From an uncultured delta proteobacterium (GTDB lineage: Bacteria; Desulfobacterota; BSN033; UBA1163), in NCBI GenBank assembly GCA_963827685.1, contig CAWHBU010000002.1:864001-928000 (forward strand): a DNA stretch of 64,000 nucleotides. Reading direction: 5' to 3'. Numbering within the stretch: position 1 is the first letter of the stretch; every line of letters begins with the position of its first letter. The position numbers and the translations under genes were made by a program. The notes under the pieces were generated by a model. It searched no databases. It had not been told where the DNA came from and saw nothing but the letters and a program-made list of their open reading frames with translations. Positions 30,043-38,682 of the stretch are shown here, one piece after another.

Positions 30043-30321
30043 ATGAATGAGCTTTCTTTATACGAAGATGAAAGCGAAGAAAGGCAGCACTTAAGTGCTA
30101 TTCAAATGCTTGTCAAGGATGTGGGATCTTCAGAAGAGGAGATTCGTAACCTTTATGAGGGTGTTTTGCAAGAGTTTAAGAACGAAGCGAGAATTAAAAC
30201 CTTCCTGCCCATCCTTGTTAGTAAGAAGGTTAAAGAACTTCTCCAAACGAGGGAAGGACAACAATCTGAGATTCTGTGCATCAGGAAGCGACGAGGCATG
30301 ATGTTTAATTGGGTCATATGA
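30043..30321 (+). CDS. Small helical protein, DUF3562-like
   Basis: ARIKTFLPILVSKKVKELL; SD gaggagg. Confidence 0.6.
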   Translation: MNELSLYEDESEERQHLSAIQMLVKDVGSSEEEIRNLYEGVLQEFKNEARIKTFLPILVSKKVKELLQTREGQQSEILCIRKRRGMMFNWVI

Positions 30322-30350
30322 TCAAAGCTCTGTAGAATCGACCCGCTCAT

Positions 30351-30415
30351 CTGACATAAATTTAACAAAGAATTCATTGATCCTTAATAAAATCGTGATA
30401 ATCACATTGTATGCT
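30351..30415 (+). promoter_or_regulatory. Pho-box-like promoter (5 repeats)
   Basis: CTGACA/TTAACA/TTCATT/TTAATA/GTGATA at 30351, 30362, 30373, 30384, 30395; -10 TATGCT at 30410. Confidence 0.72.
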
Positions 30416-30447
30416 TCTAACAACCTTATGAAAGGAAGGATATTGAA

Positions 30448-30690
30448 ATGGAGAAAACGGCTTATCTTCCAAGTATCATAATCAGACGTGAACGTCTATT
30501 GGTCAAGTGGGAAGGAGTCATCACCCCTCTTGTCGCGTCGTGTGCCCTCGTAGCGATTGTCCTTGGAATCGTTTGGCTGTTTTTAAGGAAAGACAACCTG
30601 CTCTTTGTCATGTTGGGTTTTAGTTCATGCTATTTGATTGGAAGGAAGTTTTGGAGGTTTAGATCTCAGAGACTCTCTGTAGAAGATTGA
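30448..30690 (+). CDS. Small two-TM membrane protein
   Basis: SD aggaagga; two hydrophobic helices. Confidence 0.55.
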   Translation: MEKTAYLPSIIIRRERLLVKWEGVITPLVASCALVAIVLGIVWLFLRKDNLLFVMLGFSSCYLIGRKFWRFRSQRLSVED

Positions 30691-30717
30691 CGCATAGATA
30701 TCGAAGGAGGATCAAGC

Positions 30718-31047
30718 ATGAAAAGGAGGGATGAGGGAAAGATGAAAAACATGAAAAAATCAGTTGGAAAAGAAACAATGAAGGAGACTGAGAAAAAGGT
30801 AGAATTCAGCCTCTCCGCGCCTGAGGCTAAAGAGGTATTTCTTAGCGGTGAATTTAATCATTGGGATATCCGATCAATGCCGATGAAGAGAGGAAAGGAC
30901 GGAAACTGGAGGGCTCATGCCAGCTTGGCTCCGGGCCGCTATGAATATAAATTTGTTGCAGATAACCATTGGGTAGAGGGTCTCCCTGCTGCGGAACTTG
31001 CCGCCAATTCCTTTGGCACACAGAATTTAGTTCTACGGGTTGAATGA
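30718..31047 (+). CDS. Stand-alone CBM48/AMPK-beta glycogen-binding domain protein
   Basis: APEAKEVFLSGEFNHW, PMKRGKDGNW, LAPGRYEYKFV, NSFGTQN. Confidence 0.88.
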   Translation: MKRRDEGKMKNMKKSVGKETMKETEKKVEFSLSAPEAKEVFLSGEFNHWDIRSMPMKRGKDGNWRAHASLAPGRYEYKFVADNHWVEGLPAAELAANSFGTQNLVLRVE

Positions 31048-31106
31048 ACAGACTTTGCCAAGATGGGTCGTGAGCAAAGCCAAAACATCCAAGGAGGGAC
31101 CATTCA

Positions 31107-31292
31107 ATGATCTTGAGAGAAGGGGACAAAGTAAAGAAAACAGAAAGTGGAACTGTCTATGAGGTGAAAAAGATCCATGATAAGGGGTTTGTGATCCTGA
31201 GTTCAGAGGATGGGTCAAGGACCGCATTGATGAATTTGAAGGAATTGGATCTATACTTTACACTGGTTGGTGCCTGCCTTGCGGAGGGGTGA
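31107..31292 (+). CDS. Small hypothetical (SH3/KOW-like) protein
   Basis: MILREGDKVK...VYEVKK; SD aaggaggg. Confidence 0.55.
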   Translation: MILREGDKVKKTESGTVYEVKKIHDKGFVILSSEDGSRTALMNLKELDLYFTLVGACLAEG

Positions 31293-31452
31293 AGTTCCTT
31301 ATAAGGAGCGGAAGTCCAATGTCTTAAAGGAACGACTCCCAAGCTTTAGTATTAGTAAAAGAAGGCAAGGCGATTCTGCCCATGGTCCGATCCGCATTTA
31401 CAATTTTACCTCGGACGCCACAGATGAAGAGAAAAATATCCATGGAGGGCGG

Positions 31453-31773
31453 ATGGCTTGGTTCTACCTCTTGGCGGCGGCGGTGTTTGAAATCGGGTGG
31501 ATATACAGTCTGAAATTCACTGAAGGGTTTACCCGACTTTGGCCCACGGTTTCTTACGGTTTTTTTGGTTTAGGAGCTGTTTTCTTTCTTTCCTTAACCC
31601 TAAGATATATGCCCGTGGGCGTGACTTATGCGGTTTGGGTAGGGATAGCAGCAGCGGGTAGTAATATTGTGGGAATTCTTTTTTTCGGCGAACCTTATAG
31701 GTTTGCAAGGATATTATTTATTGTAATGATCATCGGTGGCGTCGTAGGGTTAAAGTTCTCTTCGGTCAAGTAG
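31453..31773 (+). CDS. SMR-family transporter (Gdx/SugE-like)
   Basis: MAWFYLLAAAVFEIGW, GFTRLWP, YAVWVGI; true start 31453. Confidence 0.88.
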   Translation: MAWFYLLAAAVFEIGWIYSLKFTEGFTRLWPTVSYGFFGLGAVFFLSLTLRYMPVGVTYAVWVGIAAAGSNIVGILFFGEPYRFARILFIVMIIGGVVGLKFSSVK

Positions 31774-31784
31774 TGTTCGGGTGG

Positions 31785-31931
31785 ACCCCGTTAGAAATTC
31801 CAGTCGTTGCGACTCGAAACCGAGCGGGGTATCAAACCCCGCGGGAATTATATTGGGGCCTAACCCCGCTGCAAAGCCCTGCACCGCATGGTGTACAGGG
31901 CAAAGCAGCGAGGCATCATTTCTAACGGGGT
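31785..31931. mobile_element. MITE, ACCCCGTTAGAAA family, with nested 22-bp insert
   Basis: TIRs; insert 31878-31899 flanked by GCAAAGC direct repeat. Confidence 0.8.
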
Positions 31932-31977
31932 GAAGAGACCTTCAACGGGCTTATAGGTTTAAAAGGGAATTTCATAG

Positions 31978-32664
31978 ATGAACCCTATCCTGATTGTTGA
32001 AGATGAGAAGGATATTCTTGACCTGGTTGAATATCATCTCAGACAAGCCGGTTTTTCCGTCATCTCAGCCTTGGATGGCTCTTGCGGGTTAGAAGAAGCA
32101 AGAAGGAAACACCCAGCCCTCGTTATTCTGGACCTGATGCTTCCCGGGATGGATGGAAAGGATGTCTGTCGATCGCTTAAATCGAATCCCCTCACAAGAC
32201 TGATTCCCGTTCTCATGCTTACGGCAAGGACTGAAGAGGTAGACAGAATTATTGGGCTTGAGTTAGGTGCGGATGATTATGTGACCAAGCCTTTCAGCCC
32301 GAGGGAGTTGGTCTTGAGGGTGAGAGCTATCCTGCGAAGAAGGGAAACGGATCGAGAGAGCGAGAAGTTCATCCAAATTGAAGATCTCCTGATAGATGTT
32401 GAAGGGCATCATGTTTCCGTGAATAAAATAGAAGTCCAATTAACTTCAACCGAGTTCAAACTTCTTGTGGAACTTGCCTCCAAAAGGGGCCGAGTTCAAA
32501 CTCGCACAAGTCTTTTGGACAGAGTATGGGGATACACCTACGAAGGGTACGACAGGACCGTGGATACCCATATTCGCCATTTGAGGGAAAAACTTGGAGA
32601 TTTGGGCGAATATATAGAAACACTCAGAGGAGTGGGATACCGATTTCGAGCGAAAAACGAATGA
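31978..32664 (+). CDS. Second PhoB-like response regulator
   Basis: Close paralog of 24713 ORF (MNPILIVEDEKDI...RTVDTHIRHLREKLG). Confidence 0.9.
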   Translation: MNPILIVEDEKDILDLVEYHLRQAGFSVISALDGSCGLEEARRKHPALVILDLMLPGMDGKDVCRSLKSNPLTRLIPVLMLTARTEEVDRIIGLELGADDYVTKPFSPRELVLRVRAILRRRETDRESEKFIQIEDLLIDVEGHHVSVNKIEVQLTSTEFKLLVELASKRGRVQTRTSLLDRVWGYTYEGYDRTVDTHIRHLREKLGDLGEYIETLRGVGYRFRAKNE

Positions 32665-32743
32665 AATCATTCCCTCCTTAAACCTCCCGTCTCTTTGATG
32701 CGAACACCTTTCTTATTCTGCTTAACTCGTAACGTTTCTAGCT

Positions 32744-32797
32744 TTCATACAAATTTCACTTGTTTGACATTTTCTTGTAACATTTGAAGGCTAACCT
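32744..32797 (+). promoter_or_regulatory. Pho-box-like promoter
   Basis: TTCATA 32744, TTCACT 32755, GTAACA 32777 (third slot degenerate); -10 TAACCT at 32792. Confidence 0.65.
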
Positions 32798-32804
32798 GTA
32801 ACTA

Positions 32805-34700
32805 ATGATTGAATGGTTGCTCACCGACCTCCACATCCATACCACATTTAGCGATGGGGCACTTCCCATAGAGGAGGTTGTGAAGATTTACGGGGAAGCA
32901 GGCTTTGATGCCATCGCTATCACAGACCATCTGTTTGATACGCAATCCCCAAGAAGTCTTGAACTCTACGATGAAGGAAAGTCGATCAAGGACCTGAAAG
33001 CCTATTTCCACAAGATTGGAGAGCTTTCGCGTTGGGCAAAGGAATCCTACGATCTCTTGGTCATCCCGGGTCTGGAGATCTGCAACCTTTTGGAGGATTA
33101 CCATATTCTTGGTATCGACTTGAAGGAGCCTGTCAATCCGAACCAGAAGGCAGAGGGTATGATCGAAGAGATTCATCGCCAAGGTGGTCTTGCCATTGCC
33201 TCGCATCCACATTTGAAACTCTCCTATTTCATGCAGGGTGATAACGTTTCGATTCGGAACCATCCCCTTCACCTGTGGAAACATAGAGAAAAGTATCTCG
33301 ATAAACTCGATGCATGGGAGATTGCCAATCGTGAAGACCTCTTTACGGTCATAAGTTTAGAGCGCCTCCCTTTTGTGGCCAATTCCGATTTTCACGAGCG
33401 CCATCATCTCACAGCGTGGAAGTCGCTTATCTTTGCAGAAAAGGAAAAGGAGGCTATCAAACAGGCAATTCTTCATAGGAAGCTATCTCTTTTCTTTTTT
33501 AGTGAGAATGGTTCGACTAAAAAGCCACTCCTGGCGAAGATATTCCATGAAGAGATGGAGGTCGCTGACCAAACGGAAGGGCCATGCAAAGGGAAGGTAT
33601 TAATTGCAGATGACGAGAGAGATCTCGTAGCGATGCTGGCTTACAACCTCGGAAAGAAAGGATACCAAATTTTAACTGCCTATAATGGCTTTGAAGCATG
33701 GGAAAAGATCGAATCAGAGAGACCTGGCCTTCTGATCCTTGACCTGATGATGCCGGAACTCGATGGTTGGGAACTTTGCCGTTTGGTCCGCCGGAGTCAG
33801 ACAAAAGAGATCAACGATATGGGAATATTGATGCTTACCGCCAGGGCCATGCCGGAGGACAGGGTTTACGGACTGGAAATTGGAGCAGATGATTACCTTA
33901 CCAAACCCTTCTCTCTCAGTGAATTGATTCTACGAGTTGAAAAGCTGGCCGGGAAGAGAAAGTCCGTATATCAACTAAAAGAAGAAATGGAGTGCCTTCA
34001 TTCTTCAATGCGCAGGAAAGAAACGGACCTCAAGAGAGTCGTGCATGATCTGAGAAATCCCCTCCTCTCCATTGGGGCCTCTGCAAAGAGAATGCTTCGT
34101 AGAAGTCAAAGCGAGGAAGAACTGAAGATTCTGAGGATGATTTATGACAGCAGCGTCCGGTTAACCGGATGGGTTGACGATACCCTTTCTTCCAATAAAT
34201 TGGAGGCTGAAATAAAGGAAGTCGATATCCAACAACTGATTCAGCAAGTGGTCAATTTACTGAAAGAAACAAACGGGGAGAAGAAGGTCGATATTAGCTT
34301 TGATCCTTCGCCCTCCATTCCACGTATATTCTGCCACGAACAATTGATGTTCCGGACAATCGAGAACCTCTTGAACAATGCTTTTAAGTATACCCCGCAC
34401 GGTGGAAAAGTGGATGTCACCATCACGCCGTACCTTCAATGGAAAGAGGGAGGTTTTATTGAGATATCCATTAAAGATACAGGGATAGGAATTTTGGAGG
34501 ATGAAATCGACAGAATTTTCGAAGCTTTCTATAGGGGGAGGAATAATTCCACACAGGCCGGAGTCGGTTTAGGTCTTTCCTTTGCCAAAGAGGCAGTGGA
34601 ATTCCATGGAGGCAAAATATTGGTTCAAAGCGAACCTCAAAAAGGAAGTACTTTTTCCATCCTGTTGCCAGTCAGATCAAAGTTGGAATGTCCAAAGTAA
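32805..34700 (+). CDS. Hybrid PHP-REC-histidine kinase
   Basis: DLHIHTTFSDG/AITDH/NSDFH; VLIADDE, LDLMMP, TKPF; HDLRNPL, NAFKY, DTGIGI, GVGLGL; no TM. Confidence 0.88.
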   Translation: MIEWLLTDLHIHTTFSDGALPIEEVVKIYGEAGFDAIAITDHLFDTQSPRSLELYDEGKSIKDLKAYFHKIGELSRWAKESYDLLVIPGLEICNLLEDYHILGIDLKEPVNPNQKAEGMIEEIHRQGGLAIASHPHLKLSYFMQGDNVSIRNHPLHLWKHREKYLDKLDAWEIANREDLFTVISLERLPFVANSDFHERHHLTAWKSLIFAEKEKEAIKQAILHRKLSLFFFSENGSTKKPLLAKIFHEEMEVADQTEGPCKGKVLIADDERDLVAMLAYNLGKKGYQILTAYNGFEAWEKIESERPGLLILDLMMPELDGWELCRLVRRSQTKEINDMGILMLTARAMPEDRVYGLEIGADDYLTKPFSLSELILRVEKLAGKRKSVYQLKEEMECLHSSMRRKETDLKRVVHDLRNPLLSIGASAKRMLRRSQSEEELKILRMIYDSSVRLTGWVDDTLSSNKLEAEIKEVDIQQLIQQVVNLLKETNGEKKVDISFDPSPSIPRIFCHEQLMFRTIENLLNNAFKYTPHGGKVDVTITPYLQWKEGGFIEISIKDTGIGILEDEIDRIFEAFYRGRNNSTQAGVGLGLSFAKEAVEFHGGKILVQSEPQKGSTFSILLPVRSKLECPK

Positions 34701-34753
34701 GGGGACTATGAGATCCTTTCTTAAGAGGATCATGGACATGTCATCCCTCCCCC

Positions 34754-34807
34754 GTGACAGAAATTTAACATCCCTATCATTAAATCGTGACATCAATCTG
34801 TTTGAAT
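34754..34807 (+). promoter_or_regulatory. Pho-box-like promoter
   Basis: GTGACA/TTAACA/ATCATT/GTGACA at 34754, 34765, 34776, 34787; weak -10 TTGAAT at 34802. Confidence 0.7.
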
Positions 34808-34837
34808 GAAGTTAATCGATCGATTAAGGAGGTTCCT

Positions 34838-35044
34838 ATGAATTGTCCTCGCTGCGGCAGTACTATGGTCTTCAAAAAATTCTGTGATTATGGAGGATAT
34901 TCTTGTGGATGGAAATGTATTCGTTGTGGAGGGATTATTGATGAAGTTCCAGAGAATCCTCAACGGCGGGAACGAAAACAAGAATGGGAGAAGGCACTAT
35001 CCGATGACATGGAGGAAAGAGGCAGAATGGATACGCGAAGATAA
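34838..35044 (+). CDS. Small Zn-finger protein
   Basis: MNCPRCG...WKCIRCG; SD aaggagg before ATG 34838. Confidence 0.7.
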   Translation: MNCPRCGSTMVFKKFCDYGGYSCGWKCIRCGGIIDEVPENPQRRERKQEWEKALSDDMEERGRMDTRR

Positions 35045-35070
35045 GTGACATCTACGATCATCCTTTAAAA

Positions 35071-35271
35071 ATGAAGGAGGAGACAACCATGGATAAGAAT
35101 CTTATTCCAGAAAAATATGGGATGGTGATCTGTCCGCTTTGCAGTGGAAAAGGGCTTTTAATCAAAAACTCTGACCAGATGAACATTACGTTAAGAAGGG
35201 TTTGCACAAAATGCGGGGGATTTGGTGCCATTAAGGAGAAAGAAGAAACTTTTGGAAGCTTGGGAAATTAG
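35071..35271 (+). CDS. Small DnaJ-type Zn-finger protein
   Basis: CPLCSGKG...CTKCGGFG; start may be the second ATG. Confidence 0.65.
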   Translation: MKEETTMDKNLIPEKYGMVICPLCSGKGLLIKNSDQMNITLRRVCTKCGGFGAIKEKEETFGSLGN

Positions 35272-35576
35272 ATTCTCATAGAGAAAATGAAATGGGCTTG
35301 AACTAACAGAAACGGTTCGCAAAGGGAGGTCTTCAGGTGATGATACGGAAGAGAGTGAATTCTTTTTTATCGAGATTGCGGTGCTTAAAACTCCTGGCGG
35401 AAATATATATTTTAATTGCTCTGATAGGGGTCAGAAGAGAGCTGAATTTTAGAAAGGCAAATCTTAACACCCAATAAGGGCAGCACATTTTCTATTTTCT
35501 TACGTTAATGGAAAGTTGAAAGCAATGGAGATGAAAAGAAGTGATCGGATTATTTGAATCCAAAGGAAGAACTGTA

Positions 35577-35933
35577 ATGAATTATGAATTTATTTATGAA
35601 GAGGGTTTTTTGATCATTAAATTATCAGGTCCTACCGGAGTAAACGACCGCCTCCTTGTAAAGGAACATCTGACCTCTCACCTCCACCAACCAAACCAAA
35701 AGGTCATTGTCGATTTGGAGGGGCTCAAAGAGGCAGAGGGAACATATCTCTTAGGAGTCTTGAATACGGTAAAAAAGGAAGTTCAACTCATGGGTGGAGA
35801 GGTTAAATTCTGCTCCTTGAAGCCCGAGCTTTATGATTATTTTCAAGATAATCGCTTGGATCAAATTTTCGATATTGTGCAGTCGGTCGAACAAGCTAAA
35901 CAAAGTGATAGGAGTAAAAGTAATGCGGACTAA
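35577..35933 (+). CDS. STAS / anti-sigma-factor antagonist-like protein
   Basis: KVIVDLEGL, GGEVKFCSL, LDQIFDIVQSVEQA; conserved DSS phosphosite absent. Confidence 0.75.
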   Translation: MNYEFIYEEGFLIIKLSGPTGVNDRLLVKEHLTSHLHQPNQKVIVDLEGLKEAEGTYLLGVLNTVKKEVQLMGGEVKFCSLKPELYDYFQDNRLDQIFDIVQSVEQAKQSDRSKSNAD

Positions 35934-36645
35934 ACCAGAGGAGATCCAACAAGGCATCTATCTCTTAAGAGGGGAAGGAAAAGGGAGCCATAATTATTTG
36001 ATCCGCGCTTCTTACCGAAATGTTTTGATCGATTCAGGTCTGGATCAAAATTTTCTTTGTCTTCAGGAACAGCTCCTCAGTTTGGGCCTGAAGGTCAGGG
36101 ACATCGATTTGGTCATTAACACTCATGAGCATTTGGACCACATCGGTGCCAATCGATATTTTCAAGAATCTTCATTTATCGCTGCCCATCGTTTTGCAGC
36201 AACCAAAATCACCTTGGAAGACCACTACGTCACCCTCTACCGTTCCGGGGATAGGAATGAAGTGCCGCTCCGTGTTCATCTCTGGTTGGAGAATCGATCG
36301 CTTTTTGATCTCGGAAGTCATACTTTGGAAGTGATCCATACACCCGGGCACACATCAGGCTCTATATGCATCTACGAGTTTAAGACAAAAGTCCTTTTTT
36401 CAGGAGACACGGTATTCGCCGGAGGCACGCTCTCTTACATCGCCGAGTCCGGGAGTGTTGGAGATTACATTAATTCCATCACACGTCTGGAAGCTCGGAA
36501 GATATTGAAGATCTTTCCTGGACATGGCGATATTTCTCAACATCCTGAAGAAAATTTATCCCGGGCCATTATCAATGCCAAGAAATTACTAAATGGAGAA
36601 CGTAATGTCTCCATCAGTCAATTTCGTCCCCCAATAGCCAAATAG
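35923..36645 (+). CDS. Metallo-beta-lactamase-fold hydrolase
   Basis: THEHLDHIG, TPGHTSG, FSGD, PGHG. Confidence 0.9.
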   Translation: MRTKPEEIQQGIYLLRGEGKGSHNYLIRASYRNVLIDSGLDQNFLCLQEQLLSLGLKVRDIDLVINTHEHLDHIGANRYFQESSFIAAHRFAATKITLEDHYVTLYRSGDRNEVPLRVHLWLENRSLFDLGSHTLEVIHTPGHTSGSICIYEFKTKVLFSGDTVFAGGTLSYIAESGSVGDYINSITRLEARKILKIFPGHGDISQHPEENLSRAIINAKKLLNGERNVSISQFRPPIAK

Positions 36646-36803
36646 TCCGTTCCGGTCCTCGATCACCCCTTTCTCCTATAAGCCTTAGAATAAGGAATCT
36701 AACTATAAAAGCCGTATGACTGATTTTCCGGATGGGGCTATTTCTTTTACAAGAAAGATTCTTTTATCCTGCAACACCATCTGACCCATACAAGGATCAA
36801 TTT

Positions 36804-36857
36804 GTAACAAGAAATTAACTTGCCGAAAATAATGTCGTAACAATTCGCTGGCAAGAT
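36804..36857 (+). promoter_or_regulatory. Pho-box-like promoter
   Basis: GTAACA 36804, TTAACT 36815, GTAACA 36837; -10 CAAGAT at 36852. Confidence 0.65.
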
Positions 36858-37014
36858 TCATGTGCGTTGATAAGAGAATATTCATCCTATTGGTCCGACA
36901 TTTTCAAAAGTGGAGAGGAGGTGATGGATCCGCTAAAGCTCTGTGATTTACCGTTTCAATTTATTTTAACAAGGGAGTCACTCTTTAAAAATTCAAAAGG
37001 AGGAGGAATTAGAG

Positions 37015-38433
37015 ATGGAGGAAAGAAGAAGTAAAATAAGAGGTTGTGTCTATCTTTTTACTATGTTTTTGATCGTGTCCTTAGCTTTTTTGCCCTGCAG
37101 GGCTTTTGCCGGGGATATGGAGATTATGGTCGATGAGATGGTTAAACAAGGGGTTATCACCAGAGAGCAGGGTGACAAGATGCTGAAAGGGATGGAAGAG
37201 ACAAAAACCAAGCAACAAGAGAAAGTAGAAGCGGAAAAACCGAAAATCGAAGGAAAGGCAGCAAAACCGGATTGGGCAAAGAATTTACCCGACTGGATCG
37301 TAAATCCTCCTGATTGGTTTAAAAATATAAAATTTTCAGGAGATTTGAGGTTGAGATATGACCGGTTAGATAGAGAACCTACGGCAGCTGATGAAGCTAA
37401 GGGAACACAAGATTTTGCCAGAAATAGAGCGAGATTCAGATGGAGGCTGGGCGCCGAGACTCAAATTATTGATGGTGTCACAGTGGGATTTGGACTTGCC
37501 TCGACTGACAATGCTGTCCCAGGAAATCCGCGGACGAATAATCAGACTCTTGGCGCAGAATTTTCGAAAAAGCCCGTCGCAATTAACTATGCTTATGTAG
37601 CCTACACGCCCACGTTCTTACCGTGGTTAACCGTTTCAGGCGGTAAATTAAAGACGAATCCTATCTATCAGGCGAATAGCTATGGTATTGAAAATACTTG
37701 GTTATGGGACCCTGACATCACGCCTGAGGGTTTTGCAGTGGTATTAAAATACCCTGCCCTCTTAAAGCTCGACGGGGTCAGCCTTGACGTATTTATGAAT
37801 AATGCGTTTTTCATTATCGATGAACTCGGCGTCGGCGCTGCGGATCCCTATGTGTTTGTGTTCCAACCGGGATTCGATCTGAAGTTCATGAAAGATTTCA
37901 ATTTCAAAGCAGCTGTTGCCTATTACCACTTTTCTAACATCGAGCATCAGACGGCGTTAGGTAATCAACCATCTCCTGGCATTACGAATACCCTTTTTAC
38001 AAGCGGCCCGCTAACAGGTAAATACCAATTTAATTATAACGCCTTCGTCGAGAGCGCAGAGCTTGGATATATGACTCCATTTCCAAGTATTATCCCGTAC
38101 GTCGGTGTCTTTGGTGAAATCATCAAGAATACGGATTCCCATGACGGGGGATGGCAAGGAGGTGTCAGGTTAGGACATCCCTCTCTTAAGAAATTCGGAG
38201 ATTGGCAGTTTGCGTATGCTTACAGAAGACTTGAAAGGGATGCGTGGTTGGATAATTTCAATGATGATGATTTCTATCAGGGCCAGACCAATGCAAAGGG
38301 ACATTATATATATAGCGCCCTTGGGTTAATGAAGCATGTATCTGTGGCATTGGCCTATTTCCATGCGAACCGTATATTAGCACCGAAACAGCCTGAAGAT
38401 CGTTTATTTGTTGATCTTAGGGTAACGTTCTAA
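37015..38433 (+). CDS. Putative outer-membrane porin
   Basis: Signal peptide, IKFSGDLRLRYD, RARFRWRLG, alternating beta pattern, terminal F; upstream of pstS. Confidence 0.82.
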   Translation: MEERRSKIRGCVYLFTMFLIVSLAFLPCRAFAGDMEIMVDEMVKQGVITREQGDKMLKGMEETKTKQQEKVEAEKPKIEGKAAKPDWAKNLPDWIVNPPDWFKNIKFSGDLRLRYDRLDREPTAADEAKGTQDFARNRARFRWRLGAETQIIDGVTVGFGLASTDNAVPGNPRTNNQTLGAEFSKKPVAINYAYVAYTPTFLPWLTVSGGKLKTNPIYQANSYGIENTWLWDPDITPEGFAVVLKYPALLKLDGVSLDVFMNNAFFIIDELGVGAADPYVFVFQPGFDLKFMKDFNFKAAVAYYHFSNIEHQTALGNQPSPGITNTLFTSGPLTGKYQFNYNAFVESAELGYMTPFPSIIPYVGVFGEIIKNTDSHDGGWQGGVRLGHPSLKKFGDWQFAYAYRRLERDAWLDNFNDDDFYQGQTNAKGHYIYSALGLMKHVSVALAYFHANRILAPKQPEDRLFVDLRVTF

Positions 38434-38588
38434 TTGGAATGAATCACCCCTCCTCACTGCACCCCTTGGATTGCGCCCCCATGCAATCCTTGGGGTGCAT
38501 TCTCCAAATGGGTATGAAAAGTTTTGTGTTTCCTGGGAGCTCTTTAACAAGAAGACGAACCCGACCCGAGAGGAGATGAAAAATAGAT

Positions 38589-38642
38589 TTAACCAAAACG
38601 TTATAGAACTGTAACACAACCGTAACAAAGGGGAGTTAACTT
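38589..38642 (+). promoter_or_regulatory. Pho-box promoter of pstSCAB-phoU
   Basis: TTAACC/GTTATA/GTAACA/GTAACA at 38589, 38600, 38611, 38622; -10 TAACTT at 38637. Confidence 0.8.
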
Positions 38643-38682
38643 TAAAAGAATTAATCTAAAAAGAAACGAAGGAGGTTTCAAA

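Noticed and set aside
31293-31452. Guanidine riboswitch upstream of the SMR gene
   Set aside because: No paired ACGR-loop hairpins or ykkC-type core could be identified by eye.
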